The notes: generated by a model from the sequence alone, not told the origin. A stretch of DNA of 64,000 nt from Eledone cirrhosa (GCA_964016885.1 OZ024743.1:744001-808000); one strand, 5' to 3'; positions 25,040 to 40,427 are shown, counted from the stretch's first letter. Numbers and translations: made by a program.

Positions 25040-26838
25040 GGGAGAGATGTATAATAATCTCATTAAATATGAATATAAACCGTCGCTGTCGACCGGTCGG
25101 TCGACCAGTGCAGTTTTTGCGATGGGATACGGCTTTATAATGTGAGGTGCGGTAGTTCAAGGAAAATAACTGAGATTAAATGCTGTTGAATTAAATTGAG
25201 CCGTGAAGATGAAATAATTCATTGCATGTTTTCCGTTACGGTTTTCAATGATTTGACTGCGGCAGTACTATAAAACAGAAACAGAGTCGCTCATACAAAC
25301 ACTAGTACTTATCGTTCCAATTGGTGTACTTATTTTATCTATACCTTTCTGTCTAACCGCTAGGTTACACAGAATTACACAAAAAGGTAGACACAGAAAC
25401 ACACATAGGAAGCTAGAAGGAAAGAGAGAGAGAGAGAGGGGAGGTCGGCACAAATAGTGGTTTGGCACTTTACTTATCGAACTAGAAGGGATATAATTTG
25501 AAGTTCACTTTGGCTGTACTTGAATTCTGAACGCAGAGAACCTGAGCGAATATCGCAAAGCATTCTCTCCGACGTTCTAATGATTCTGCTAATTCGTTGG
25601 TTTATACACTTATACATACGTATAAAAATAAATAAATATAGGAATTGACAATAAATTAGATATGTTCTTCTGACACAATGAGATGTATGCAATAGGCAAA
25701 CAGAAATAGCAAACATCACAGTACAATGAAAAAATATATTATTAGTTTTACGCTTAATATATTTGGTCGAACAAGTATGAAATTAGTAGAAATTTGTTTT
25801 GTTTTCTACAAATTTCTACAAATTTTATACTTGATGACCAATAGTAGGAAAATAGTCTTAATGTTTCGGATGTTAGTCTTTCATCAGAAAATAGAATGAG
25901 AAATTAAAGAAAAAAGTAGAAAGATTGGAAAGAAGGGCAATGGCAGAAACGATAAATAATTTTTTGGAGATAAAAAATAGGTCTATTCACGTCGCCATCT
26001 CTTGGAAGATTGATGATGCTGGCGTTTTTTGTAAGATTATTTTGTTTTAAAAGGTGGTGATCGAGCGCCTCTACCTGAAAAGAAAACAAATCGTTTTGCA
26101 TATAGAGCTGTACGTATGCGCGTGCCTATGCGTATGTATGTGTGTTTGTTATTCGTCCGTAAGAAAGCTAAGAGAATATGTGTGTGTATATGTAAGTTTA
26201 AAAGAGTGTGTGTGTGTGTGTGTGTTTTGTTTGTAAGTACGAAGCTGTGAACCTATGTGTGTGTATATAAGCTTGTGTATGTGTTGGTTGTTTGTCTGTA
26301 AGGAACTGTGTTGGTAAGTGTAGAAGAGTATGTGTGTTTTGTGGTCTATATAAGCTGCAAGTGTCTTTCTGACCAGAATAGAGCCATGGGAATCTTGGTG
26401 TGAATGTATACGCACGTGTATGACAGATAACGAAGTAGGGGTGACAGTGGCTATGGGTAGCACACGTATGTGTGCAAGATTAAAACAATTCGGGAGGGGG
26501 AGTTGAGTCCATTAGGGAAACTGGATCCAAGGCGGAAAATCTGACCCTGCTCGATTACATCACTTTACTTCAAGTCTTTAAGTAACGGTTTATAATTTTG
26601 TATTAGCTAGTATCTTTTTTATGATTTTGGTTATTGTTTACTTTTCCTGATTAGCTGGTTTTGAAAGATGTGTTTCGTTTTATTGTCCTTTGGTAAGATA
26701 AATAAGTTTAGTTGCATGTGTGTGTAAATCCTTTGTTCTTTGGTTTGAAAGTTGAAATGTGTGGTACGATCTTTTTTTCTTGTTTGGACTTTGTTTTTCT
26801 AAGAGGTTTGATATTGATTTGACTTGCTTAATATAAAA

Positions 26839-27305
26839 TTTTACCTCCAGATGAGACAGTCAATCGCGCCTTCAACAAGTATATCTTCGAACGACTTCGA
26901 AACCGGGTACAGCGAGTACAAAAGGACAATGCAGGAGATTTGGTACTACACCACGATAACGCACCTGCTCAAACAGCACTTTTAATTATAGAATATTTGG
27001 CGAACAAAAGTATTGCCACACTTCCACATCGTCATTACAGCTCAGAGCTAGCATCAGAAGATTATTATCTCTTCCCTCAATAGAAATAGGAGGTGAAGAT
27101 TCATCATTTTTGGACTGCGAAAAACATACAGAAAATTGTAACCGACAAGCTAAAGACACTCACAGAAATTAATCTCCGCTACTGCTATGATCAATTGCAA
27201 ATACGTTGGAACCACTGTGTAAATTCCGAGCGGTGATATTGTGTAGCGGATAACTTGCAGTATTTAAATAGAACATCGGAACCCTTACTTTTGGGACAGA
27301 CCACG
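26839..27305 (+). mobile_element. Mariner transposase 3' fragment with probable right TIR
   Basis: LPPDETVN...LVLHHDNAPAQTA...LPHRHYSSELASEDYYLFPQ* matches the HHDNAPAH / YSPDLAPxD motifs; in-frame stops. Confidence 0.85.
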
Positions 27306-27359
27306 CATATATATATAGACATACATATATAAATATATATGTATATATATATTATATAT

Positions 27360-27964
27360 AGAGTTATAAACTCAAAATAGTCTTTTACATTTAAATAGCT
27401 CAAAGAAGAGAATATTTCCAAGCCGTGTAATATATGAGAGGGATGAACACTGATACAAGTATACATGTGTTCGTATTGCAAATGACCAAGTTAGCTAGGT
27501 TGAAAAATACTAATTTAAAATAATACGGTTTGCCTGTCTCGATTTAAAATAATAAATCAATAAACCAATTAAGTGAAACTTACTATTCCTGTGCTCTTCT
27601 GCGGGTATCCAGAAATTGGTAGGTTTCACTTCAAAATACTTCAGAAGACTGAGAGAATGTGTTGTTGAACGCACATGTGTCACAACGCCTAACTAGTCCC
27701 ATACTCGTGCCGCTAAAAATAGCATCCAATTTCTGGATACCCGCAGAAGAGCACAGGAATAGTAACTTGCACTTAATTGTTGCGAAACAAATTTAGAATT
27801 TGTCCGGGTATCACGGCCATTGCCAATATAGGTTTGTATTTATTGATTTATTATTTTAAATCGAGACAGGCAAACCGTATTATTTTAAATTAGTATTTTT
27901 CAACCTAACTAACTTGGTCATTTGCAATACGAACACATGTATACTTGTATCAGTGTTCATCCCT

Positions 27965-27968
<4 letters not shown>
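27360..27968. mobile_element. (TA)n-flanked hairpin element carrying a hammerhead
   Basis: 27436-27618 is largely the reverse complement of 27726-27966; the left arm has a ~75-nt extra tail. Confidence 0.75.
27736..27812 (+). ncRNA. Type I hammerhead with full stem III, U4A core
   Basis: gatacccg-CAGAAGA-gca...tgc-GAAA-caaatt tag aatttg-TC-cgggtatc; 8-bp stem I, 7-bp stem III, GUC site. Confidence 0.8.
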
Positions 27969-28019
<51 letters not shown>

Positions 28020-28899
28020 CAAAGGAATTGTGGTAAGGAACCAAATGGACCATAACGCACCAGAGTACTCGATACTTAGGGTAGTAGAGTGGGAAATAGG
28101 AAAAAGTATGACCCCGACAGGAGAGCTCAAGCCGTTTCGATGGCTATTTCTGGACTAAATTAGAATTTTTAGCCTGGTGAAGAAATAGCCGAAATTTTCA
28201 AGGGGGGTACTTCCTTATATGGGAAGATTGTAGCTGTCAAGAGGATTGGTTAAAATTTGTTGTAAACACAAATAAGTCTATCATGGCATTTGGTGGAAAG
28301 TAGGGGTGGCTGAACTTGCCTGTAGAACAATAGGGGAGTGAGTGGAGCGGTCAAGCGTTGAAAGTGATATGTATACATCAGATTCTAAGGATAGTGTATG
28401 AAGTGGCGGAGGGAGGTTATAAAATAGGTAAATCGAAAGAGAGTAGGAGACAATAAAAGAAACTAGAAAGAAATAAAAAAATAAAAAATAAAAAAAATAT
28501 ATAAAATTAGATAGTGAGAAATGAATAAAGAGATCACAATGCTATCTTACAATTACAGGTTAATAAGTTGAGAATAGAAAAATCTTATAGAAATTACAAA
28601 ACAAATACAAACTGTTTTTAACACATCTGCTATAAGTAGTTAGTAAAACGTATTCGGCCAATTCTATCTTAAAATAACAGGGGTGGAGGAACTGATGCTT
28701 CAAGGCCTGATGGCTGCATCGGGGTAGGCGAAAGGGGAAAGCAGACGAAGGAGAAAATAGGAGGTGGAAGGAAGTGATAGGATGAGATAGGGGGAAGAAG
28801 GAGACAAAGAGGAAAAGAAAAGAGATACATTTACCTATGATAAGTGTGTGTGTGAGTGGGGGGGGGGGGGTCAGCCCTTGTCTACCCACCCGGGTCATT

Positions 28900-30973
28900 A
28901 TAGGGTTTGTGGGCGAGGTAAGTCCTACGCAATCTGTGTTTGCATGCGGTTACCAGTTCATCTTTCTTGTTTAGGAGTTGGTCCTTCGAAAACAACATTT
29001 GTAATGTTTCCTCCGAGCATAGGTTACATGGACGGCGTCCTCCCGTGTAAGAGTTAGCTCTGGACAGTAAGCTCCAAGTGATATTGTAGGCTATATTGTT
29101 ATCTTGGAGGTCCCAGATGTGGCCCGAAAGTGTAGTGGCATGTCGCCGAATCGGGTTTCGGAAAGTGTGTCGGTGTTGGTAGAGCCGGGTCTTGAAGTCA
29201 CACGCGGTTAATCCTATCTAAGCTTTGTTGGAGGTGTACGTCCTCAAGTTGCACTGGTAGATCCTGTTACGTTCTCGGCATTTGTTGTTGAGGAGGCACG
29301 TGGGCAGTTACACCTCCTGGTCGGCTCTCCTCTGATGTCTAGGTTATTTCTTCCATGGGGGTTGAGTTTTTTGTTGTTTGAGGAGACGATGTTTTGTGCG
29401 AAGTTAGGTGTGGTGCTGTAGAAGAGTTTGATGGTGTTTTTGTTGATTATGTTGTGGTAGCGGTGTTGTAGTGGGAAGTGTTTTTTCGAGGATTCTAAAG
29501 AAGACTTTCCCGATAGGTGTTGCCACCTCGGCATTGTGGGGAGGATTGAACCACGTTACGTTGCGTGAGCGGCGGTGTTGCCTGCTGGTTCCGCTAAGGG
29601 AAGCTGGATAAATGGATATTTCCTCCCGGAAGCCACTCCGCTTGAGGACCTGGTTGTAATGAGGCGCGTGTTCGTCGAATATCTGCTCATTAGTGGATAC
29701 ACGGGATATGCGGAGGGAGATGTTTTTAACCAGGTTATTGGTGATGATTCTACGATGGTTAGAGCGACGGTGGATGCAGTGCAGGTTGTCGTTTGGTTTC
29801 CTGTATGGGTAGTACAGATCATTTTCGAGGTTAAGGGTAACATCCAGGAAATTGACTCGGGTTAAGGACGTTTGTAGGGTGATTTTAAATCCCCAGTCCC
29901 GGAAGAAGTTGATTAGTTGTTTATGGAGCCGGTCTGTACTACTTCGAGGGTGAGGAGCCTATCATCCCGGTACAATCCACCGCCGAATACAGGAAACATT
30001 TCAGTGAGTTTAAATAGTAGGAATAATCCTATAAGATCTGTAACCTCAGCCGAAGGGGGAGTCTGGAGCTCTTTTTATCCACTTGGAGTTGTCGAAAAGT
30101 AGGACTGTCTTCCTGGCGTGGAGAATGATATTTCTTTCCTGGTCAGTGTTTCGGCAAAGTCCAAGGCGGCCGTAAGGAGTGGTAAGGTAATACATGCATA
30201 GTAACTCTCTATGTTAAACTGGATGAATTTTGTGTCTCGTTTGTCCTCCATATTCCTGAACCATGAGATTACTTTCTGGGTGCTGACCCATAAGCTAAGT
30301 CTTACGTTTTGCTTCACTTTTGGTATAACTCGGTCTAGTATCTTTTTACTGATTCTCCCTATGTCCGACTTCGTTGGGTTTATAAGCCTAATGGATGGTT
30401 TGCGGTCGAAGTCGGATTTGTGGTCCTTCAGTGTGAAGTAGGGAATCCCTGGGTCTAGGGTTCAGTGCGGTCGGCGACCCTGAGTCTGGAGGTAATTTGT
30501 TGTCCATCTCGATTTATGTCCTCGATAATTGAATGGTTAGCCTGTTTATAGGTGGAGTTTAGGCTGCTCCTGATCAGTGTGTGGTATGTGTCAGCGTTAA
30601 CTAAGTAGAGGTTTCCAGTTTTGTCCGAGTGCGCCATGATGTCGTTGGTGTTTTCATACTCTGTAATTTTGCTACGGAGTTGTTGTAGGAATCTGTTGTG
30701 TCTGGGTTTGAATTTAATGCTCTTGACCAGGCGGAAAAGGTCGTTCTCGAAGGGTGAGAGCATAGGGTCCGGAGGGGGAGATTTGTAGGTATTGAATCCG
30801 AATCTCTCCTTGGTGTCGAAGTCCATATTTTCGCGGTATCTATCGTAGAAAAAAGTTCTCCATCTTAGTCTTTTCGCCAAAAGGTCGATTTTTTGCGTGA
30901 GCATCCGAAGGTAAAGTTTTCTCGGTGGAACTGGGATGTTCTTGGTGGAGAAGTCGATGTTGTGTTTTCGCAT
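28900..30973 (-). pseudogene. PLE RT-GIY-YIG ORF with frameshifts, stops and deletions
   Basis: MRKHNIDFSTKNIPVPP..RLRWRTFF; TLKDHKSDF..IRLINPTKSDIGRISKKIL; FIQFNIESYY; GLYRDD; RCNCP..; IGLT..FKTRLYQHRHTF; CNLCSEE..LLNKKDEL. Confidence 0.9.
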
Positions 30974-33266
30974 CGTGCGGATGAAGAAACTTGAGCTGGA
31001 TGGAAAAATCGGGATATGGCGTGGTAGAGGCGGAAAGTGCTCTACTACAGAGATAGGAGCTAAATAACAAACGAATTGTGGTAAGGAACCAAATGGACCA
31101 TAACGCACCAGAGTACTCAATACTTAGGGTAGTAGAGTGGGAAATAGGAAAACGTATGACCCCGACGAAAGAGCTCAAGCCGTTTCGACGGCTATTTCTG
31201 GAATAAATTAGAATGTTTAGCCTGATGAATAAATAGCCGAACTTTTCAAGGGGGTAATTCCTTATATGGGAAGATTGTAGTTGTCAAGAGGATTGGTTAA
31301 AATTTGTTGTAAACACAAATAAGTCGATCATGGCATTTGGTGGGAAGTAGGGGTGGCTGAACATGCCTGTAGAACAATAGGGGAGTGAGTGGAGCGGTCA
31401 AGCGTTGAAAGTGATATGTATGCATCAGATTCTAAGGATAGTTTATGAAGTGGCGGAGGGAGGTTATAGAATAGGTAAATCGAAAGAGAGTAGGAGACAA
31501 TAAAAGATACTAGAGAGAAATGACAAAAATAAAAAATTAAAAAATATATAAAATTAGATAGTGAGAAATGAATAAAGAAATCACAATGCTATCTTACAAT
31601 TACAGGTTAATAAGTTGAGAATAGAAAAAACTTATAGAAATTACAAAACAGATACAAACTTAAAGGGGTTTTTAACACATCTGCTATAAGTAGTTAGTAA
31701 AACGTATTCGTCCAATTCTATCTTAAAATAACAGGGGTGGGGGAACTGATACTACAAGGCCCGATGGGCTGCATCGGGGTAGGCGAAAAGGGAAAGCAGA
31801 CGAGGGAGAAAATATGGGGTGGAAGAAAGTGATAGGATGAGACAGGAGGAAGAAGGAGATAAAGAGGAAAGGAAAAGAGATACATTTACCTATGTAAGCT
31901 GGGGTTTCCCCTAACTTATTCGGCAAGTGTGTGTGTGTATGGGAGGGCGGGAGTATCAGCCCTTTTCTACCCACCCGGGTCCTATAGGGTTTGAGGGCGA
32001 GGTAAGTCCTATGCATTCTGTGTTTGCATGCGGTTACCAGTTCATCTTTCTTGTTTAGGAGTTGGTCCTTCGAAAACAACATTTGTAATGTTTCCTCCGA
32101 GCATAAGTTACACGGACGGCGTCCTCCCTTGTAAGAAGTAGCTCTGGACAGTAAGCTCCAAGTGAGATTGTAGGTTATATTGTTATCTTGGATGTCCCAG
32201 ATGTGGCCCGAAAGTGTAGTGGCATGTCGCCGAACAGGGTTTCAGAAAGTGAGTCGGCGTTGGTAGAGCCGGGTTTGAAGTCACACAATCAACAAAAACA
32301 CCATCAAACTCTCCTACAGCACCACACCTAACTTCGCACAAAACATCGTCTCCTCAAACAACAAAAAACTCAACCCTATGGAAGAAATAACCTAGACATC
32401 AGTGGAGAGCCGACGAGGAGGTGTAACTGCCCTGATAGATCCACGTGTCCCCTCAACAACAAATGCCGAGAACGTAACGTGATCTACTAGTGCAACGTGA
32501 GGACCGACACCTCCAACAAAGCTTATATAGGATTAACCGCGTTTGACTTCAAGACCCGGCTCTACCAACACCGACACACTTTCCGAAATCCGGTTCCGCG
32601 ACATGCCACTACACTTTCGGGCCACATCTGGGATCTCCAAGATAACAATATAGCCTACAATCTCACTTGGAGCTTACTGTCCAGAGCTAACTCTTAGAGG
32701 ACGCCGTCTGTATAACTTATGCTCGGAGGAAACATTACAAATGCTGTTTTCGAAGGACCAACTCCTAAACAAGAAAGATGAACTGGTAACCGCATGCAAA
32801 CACAGAATGCATAAGACTTACCTCGCCCTCAAACCCTATAGGACCCTGGTGGGTAGAAAAGGGCTGATACTCCCGCCCTCCCATACACACACACACTTGC
32901 CGAATAAGTTAGGGGAAACCCCAGCTTACATAGGTAAATGTATCTCTTTTCCTTTCCTCTTTGTCTCCTTCTTCCTCCTGTCTCATCCTATCACTTTCTT
33001 CCACCCCATATTTTCTTCCTCGTCTGCTTTCCCTTTTCGCCTACCCCGATGCAGCCCATCGGGCCTTGTAGTATCAGTTCCTCCACCCCTGTTATTTTAA
33101 GATAGAATTGGACGAATACGTTTTACTAACTACTTATAGCAGATGTGTTAAAAACCCCTTTAAGTTTGTATCTGTTTTGTAATTTCTATAAGTTTTTTCT
33201 ATTCTCAACTTATTAACCTGTAATTGTAAGATAGCATTGTGATTTCTTTATTCATTTCTCACTGTC

Positions 33267-33299
<33 letters not shown>

Positions 33300-33544
33300 T
33301 TTATTTATTTATTTCTAGTATCTTTTATTGCCTCCTACTCTCTTTCGATTTACCTATTCTATAACCTCCCTCCCCCGTATACATATCACTTTCAAAGCTT
33401 GACCGCTCCACTCACTCCCCTATTGTTCTACAGGCAAGTTCAGCCACCCCTACTTCCCACCAAATGCCATGATAGACTTATTTGTGTTTACAACAAATTT
33501 TACCCAATCCTTTTGACAACTACATTCTTCCCATATAAGGAAGT

Positions 33545-33641
33545 ACCCCTTTGAAAAGTTCGGCTATTTATTCACCAGGCTAAAAATTCTAATTTAGTCC
33601 AGAAATAGCCGTCGAAACTGCTTGAGCTCTGCCGTCGGGGT
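33545..33641 (+). ncRNA. PLE pLTR hammerhead, U3-A8 core (also - 28111-28208 and - 31159-31255)
   Basis: acccc(t)-TTGAAAA-gttcggctattt...aaatagccgtc-GAAA-c(g/t)gc ttgagctct gccg-TC-ggggt; each copy has private substitutions. Confidence 0.78.
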
Positions 33642-33651
33642 CATACTTGTT

Positions 33652-33705
<54 letters not shown>

Positions 33706-33969
33706 GTAATACAAACGGAAAGAACAGAAAATAAATTAATATACATTATGCATTGCAGGAGAGTATACATTCTTATATCTAAGGAAATCTCATATGTTCT
33801 ATGTGAATGCATAAAAAAGCAGTTACTGTAAATATTAAAGAGTTCTTTATTTGTAAAGAACTTATATTGCCTCATTATTTACTGTTTTACAAAACCTGGC
33901 GATATGTAATATTCACTCCACCCCAGCTGATGAATACGTCCTTATATGATGATGATGATGATATATATT

Positions 33970-34037
<68 letters not shown>

Positions 34038-34938
34038 CTTATATATATGTACATATATATATATATATGGGGTTGGTGGGTGAATGTATGTGTGTGTATG
34101 TATGTATGCATGCATTTATGCATATATACATGTGTGTGTCTGTCTGTTTGTGTGTCTGTCTGTCTGTGTGTGTGTGTCTGTGTGTGTGTGTGTGTGTTTG
34201 TACGTGTGTACGCATATATAACTAAGACTTCCAATTACCTTAATGCTCAAGTAAATTCATCTTGAACAAACCAAAGCTATCCACGAAACTCTAGCCAAAA
34301 TAAACCATACGACTCCATTCACTGGACACAAGGAAATGTAAAATTCACACACGACATTCAAATCCACATCCCAACAATCTGCATCAATAATTCTTATCAG
34401 TGTGTCGGGCGTAATTAGATTTCATCCAACATATTACGTCCTTTCTATAATAATCAGTAGCAACTACGACTCCATTTCGTATGGTCAAACAGCAAAACAT
34501 AATCAGGGTAAACCTTAGAAACATTCCCCGACCATACGGCGCCAGAGAACATGACACACCATATAAACATTCACTGAAATAGGCCACTAGCTCAATAATC
34601 AGAAGCCAAATCAATCAAACCCATACCATTGAATAACCTATTAACAAAATTTAAAACATTATCCCGCTTAACGAACTGAAAATCCTGTAATCACCCATTA
34701 AACTAATCCAAGTCCTAGCCGGTTAATGAACCAATAAACGAGATTAAACTCAAAGAATGAAACCACAGACCAAGCAATTAAATGAACAAATGTAACCGAA
34801 TATAAATTCACACTTAATAATATGAAGCCGCCTGCCAATGTAACAAAACATACGTCTTTATGTTAACAATGAACATGATTTCAAAACAAAACCAGATTAA
34901 CGCAAACACAGATAACGCGATTATACATAAATAAATGA

Positions 34939-35056
<118 letters not shown>

Positions 35057-35339
35057 TCATTTATTTATGTATGTATATGTATGTTTGTATGTAAAAGGTA
35101 AACAGAAATAACACAATCGGTACAGAGATCTGTACAGTATATGGAAGGAATATATTAGGTTAACACTTGAAATAGCAGGAAGAGGGTCGTAACGTTTAGG
35201 GCGCTAGTCCTTCATCAGAAGAAAGAATGCGAAATAAGATAGATTGAAGGAACGGACAGGTTGGAATTGGAAAAAAAAAGTCTTTAGATAAAAATAACAA
35301 GTCCATTCATGTTGACATCTCTTGGAAACACACACACAG

Positions 35340-35444
<105 letters not shown>

Positions 35445-36386
35445 GATAAATCTACCAAGGGTTTACGGTAGTGTCCAATCCGTATGAAGAACTCAATGTA
35501 ATCCGGATATCATGGAAAGAAGAGATGCAATGAAAAATCACTTTCGGTGAAAGATAAACGGAATACAGAGTCAAGATAAAATATTAAAAAAATAATGAAT
35601 AAAACAATGAAACAGTTCCTTATATTAAACAAAAAAAGTTCATTATTTAACGATCGTTTCTAGGATATATATGTGTTAGAATTGGCATGCATATTCAACA
35701 GATCTATGTACAAAATTATACAAAATTATACAAACTATCAAAATTAAATATACATACCAACACATATATATGCCGTCTTCAGAAATAATGAAATATATTT
35801 ATTGATAATAACAACAATTCAAAATTACAGGTCTGTTTGGGAACAGAGTTCAAATTGACCAATGAAAATACAAAAAGTTTATACAGTTAGGTGTGCGTAT
35901 ATATGTAAGTAACTTCGTTCAGATATGCATAAAGATATATGTTCACATGCATACGCATGCCAAAAAGATGTATGTAAATACAAAAATTCAAGGCTAATGT
36001 CTCTGTATGTTTATAATCTACAGATAAAATACGTATACACATATAAATATAAAAATAAATATATACACACATACATATACTCACACATATACGTACATTC
36101 ACACACACACGCGCGTATACGCATAAACATACACACAACCACGAACATACATACACACACACACCCCCACACACATATATATGTGTATATACTATTATCA
36201 TAAGCATATGGACATTAATGCGCGCACATAAACACTGCCACACATATTTAGATCCAGATACAGAAAGTAGGTGAGGGGGGGGAGAAGAGGTCAGTATTCA
36301 CCGGTGTCAGCAGACTGCCTATTTATAAATGTATCTATAAATTTAGAAATAAAAAGAAAAGAAAAAGAAAAAAGAAATATATCAAG

Positions 36387-36389
<3 letters not shown>

Positions 36390-36467
<78 letters not shown>

Positions 36468-36696
36468 AAGTAAAATATAAAATATACATCGATATACATA
36501 CATATACATATATATATCTATATATATATATATATATATACATATATATACATACATATACATACACATATACATAAACACATACATACACATACATATA
36601 CATACACACACCATATAAATACACATACACACACGCATACATATAGAGACACATACATATACACATATAAATACATAGACATATACACATATACAC

Positions 36697-36727
<31 letters not shown>

Positions 36728-36759
36728 CACGCATACGTATATATATATACACATTCACA

Positions 36760-36841
<82 letters not shown>

Positions 36842-36903
36842 CTACACACATATATAAACATACTCATGTATATACACACATACACATACATACCCACATA
36901 TAA

Positions 36904-36998
<95 letters not shown>

Positions 36999-37076
36999 TA
37001 TATACACACATACATACACACACATACACACACATACACATACATAAAGATATATATACACATACACACACATATA

Positions 37077-37125
<49 letters not shown>

Positions 37126-37211
37126 TACTCACACACACATACACACATACATACACATACATACACACATACATATATATACACACACATACACACATAC
37201 ACACATATACA

Positions 37212-37308
<97 letters not shown>

Positions 37309-37424
37309 CATATATATAAAAAAATAAAGAAATAAAATAAATAAATAAATTAATTAATTAATACACACAGTCAGACAAATATGCACACACATACATATAC
37401 ATACACACATATATATACACACAT

Positions 37425-37457
<33 letters not shown>

Positions 37458-37498
37458 CATACATATATATATACACATACACACATCAACTACAAATA

Positions 37499-37540
<42 letters not shown>

Positions 37541-37705
37541 CACTCACATATACATGCGCACATACGTACATATATACACATACACACATATACACATAGA
37601 CATATACATGTGCATACATATACATACACACATATACCCACATAAATACATAGATACATATATATATACACATATATATATATATATATACATATATATA
37701 CACAC

Positions 37706-37750
<45 letters not shown>

Positions 37751-37760
37751 ATCATACACC
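36390..37760. repeat. Compound (TA)/(CA)/(TACA) microsatellite block, representative of dozens across the window
   Basis: Direct inspection; source of the poly-YI/CV/HT ORFs. Confidence 0.98.
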
Positions 37761-37989
37761 CTTATTTACATGCGCACATATGTATTTTTATACTCACATA
37801 CAAACACCCAAACATACCTACCTACCTACATATACATACATATATCCACGCTTACAAATACAAATAATAATAGTAGGGGGGGGGGGGATTATAGTAAATA
37901 TAGGTTTCAAGAAACATAGAATATTAATCTGCATTTAGATCATAATATGTGTTTACATAGTAGTTTCAGTATTAGGAAATGTAAGAAAG

Positions 37990-38930
37990 AAGGCAAAATT
38001 ATGCATTTCAATATAAGTATACCATTAATTATAGGTTAACTAAATTAAAGATAGTTAATATATTGATTTCTAAGGTGTATACTACTTAGGTTTATAATAT
38101 TTGAAGCGGAATTTTGAAGTTAAATAGTAGTAGAGTATTAATTATAGTATAACTAAATTAAAATTATTAACGTTATGGTATCAATATTAGGAAATGAATT
38201 TAGTAATAGGGAAAAAAACAAATAAAGTATTACATCGGTAGTAGAATATAAATTATAGGTTAACTAAATTAAAAATTATATATTAATTTCTATAGTATAA
38301 GTTAATTAGGTTTATGATAATTAAAACAGATATTGTATTTTATCTATAGTAGAATATAATTATAGGTAAACAGAAATTAAAATTAATACATACACATATA
38401 CATATACATATATATATATATACATATATATATATACATATATACATATATATACATACATATACATATTTTTTCAAAAATTGCAAAGAATATATTAACT
38501 AGGTATACATCCAAAACCTATCTCAGTCTATGATTACATGACACTCTGCAATCCATCTGTATTAGGATATTAATTTTAAGCCAATTAAATTAAATTTTTA
38601 GGTTAACCAAATTTAAAACCAAATTATAAATATATTTCTAAAATGTACATTAATTAGGTCTATAATACTAAAAATTAATTCTCTGTCATTGAATACACGA
38701 TATTTTGTTATATTTTATCTGTAAAGGAATTTTAATAAAAGGTTAAATAAATTAAAATTAATCTATAAATTAATTTACGAAGTATATATTAGTAATATTT
38801 AAAAGTTTTTCACAATTTATGATTACACAATATTTTATAATCTCATCTGTAGTAGAATTTTAATTAAATTAAATTAATAGGTTAACTAACATTTAAATTA
38901 AATTATATATTAATTTCTAAAATAATGTTA
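37990..38930. repeat. Degenerate AT-rich ~110-140 bp tandem repeat in the PLE 3' region
   Basis: attataggttaactaaattaaa-like motif at ~38028, 38141, 38252, 38359, 38597, 38738, 38876. Confidence 0.65.
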
Positions 38931-39360
38931 TTAATTAGGTTTATAATATTTAAATGTTTTTCTTAGTTTATGATTACACGATATAATTAATTCCTGTCGT
39001 TTATTTAATAGGATATCCTTAGATTTCATTATTTCAAATAGTTCTTGGGAACATAATCTACATTCATTTCTATTATTTTGATAAGGGGTGGCTCTTTTGA
39101 GCACACTCCAGGTCATATCATATTCTATATTCTTATTTTTATAACTATTGATTTTTTCTGCTAGAGATGTTGTATTAGCCAGTGCGGCATTTTTAAAACT
39201 ATGTTTGTGGGTATTAAACCTTGCCTTAAAATTGTTAGAAGTAGCTCCTATATATGAGCAAATAGCATCTTTAGTTTTAACATTACATTTATAAACTATG
39301 TTGTTAACAAGACAATTTCCTTTTAATGGGCAGTTTGCTTTGTTTCTACAGTTACAACCT
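38931..39360 (-). pseudogene. GIY-YIG endonuclease C-terminal fragment of a PLE ORF (open frame, no start)
   Basis: GCNCRNKANCPLKGNCLVNNIVYKCNV..SYIGATSNNFKARFNTHKHSFKN..TWSVLKRATPY..CRLCSQE..LLNKRQELIISCNH. Confidence 0.9.
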
Positions 39361-39456
39361 TTATGTATATGTGTGTGTGTGCATATTTGTCTGACTGTGT
39401 GTATTAATTAATTAATTTATTTATTTATTTTATTTCTTTATTTTTTTATATATATG

Positions 39457-39561
<105 letters not shown>

Positions 39562-39843
39562 GTGTGTATGTGTGTATGTGTGTGTATATATATGTATGTG
39601 TGTATGTATGTGTATGTATGTGTGTTTTTGTGTGTGTACGTGTGTATATATTTATATGTGTATATGTATCTCTATTTATATATGTATATATGTGTATGTA
39701 TATCCCTTTATTTATGTATGTCTGAGTTGTGTGAGCGTGTGGTGGTGTTTGTATGTATATACGCATACATGGATGTGTATGTATGTGTATATATGCGTAT
39801 ATGTATGTGTGTATGTGTGTGTGAGTATATATGTGTGTATATA

Positions 39844-39894
<51 letters not shown>

Positions 39895-39972
39895 TATATG
39901 TGTGTGTATGTGTATATATATCTTTATGTATGTGTATGTGTGTGTATGTGTGTGTATGTATGTGTGTATATA

Positions 39973-40049
<77 letters not shown>

Positions 40050-40111
40050 TTATATGTGGGTATGTATGTGTATGTGTGTATATACATGAGTGTGTCTATA
40101 TATGTGTGTAG

Positions 40112-40157
<46 letters not shown>

Positions 40158-40372
40158 TGTGAATGTGTATATATATATACGTATGCGTGTATGTGTATAT
40201 ATATATATATATATATGTGTGTATATGTGTATATGTCTATGTATTTATATGTGTATATGTATGTGTCTCTATATGTATGCGTGTGTGTATGTATGTGTAT
40301 TTATATGGTGTGTGTATGTATATGTATGTGTATGTATGTGTTTATGTATATGTGTATGTATATGTATGTATA

Positions 40373-40427
<55 letters not shown>

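Larger units (their letters stand above)
28018..33655 (-). mobile_element. Penelope-like element (Naiad-like): ORF copy + upstream partial tandem copy (31075-32286) + inverted partial copy (32288-33655)
   Basis: Three copies of a ~0.9-kb pLTR (28018-, 31075-, inverted to 33655), RT and GIY-YIG remnants, (TA)n on both sides. Confidence 0.93.

Noticed and set aside
28900-30973. Selenoprotein-type Naiad (UGA at Cys sites plus SECIS)
   Set aside because: The CNC and CxxC cysteines I read in both PLEs are TGT/TGC; interruptions seen are frameshifts and TAG; no SECIS recognised by eye.
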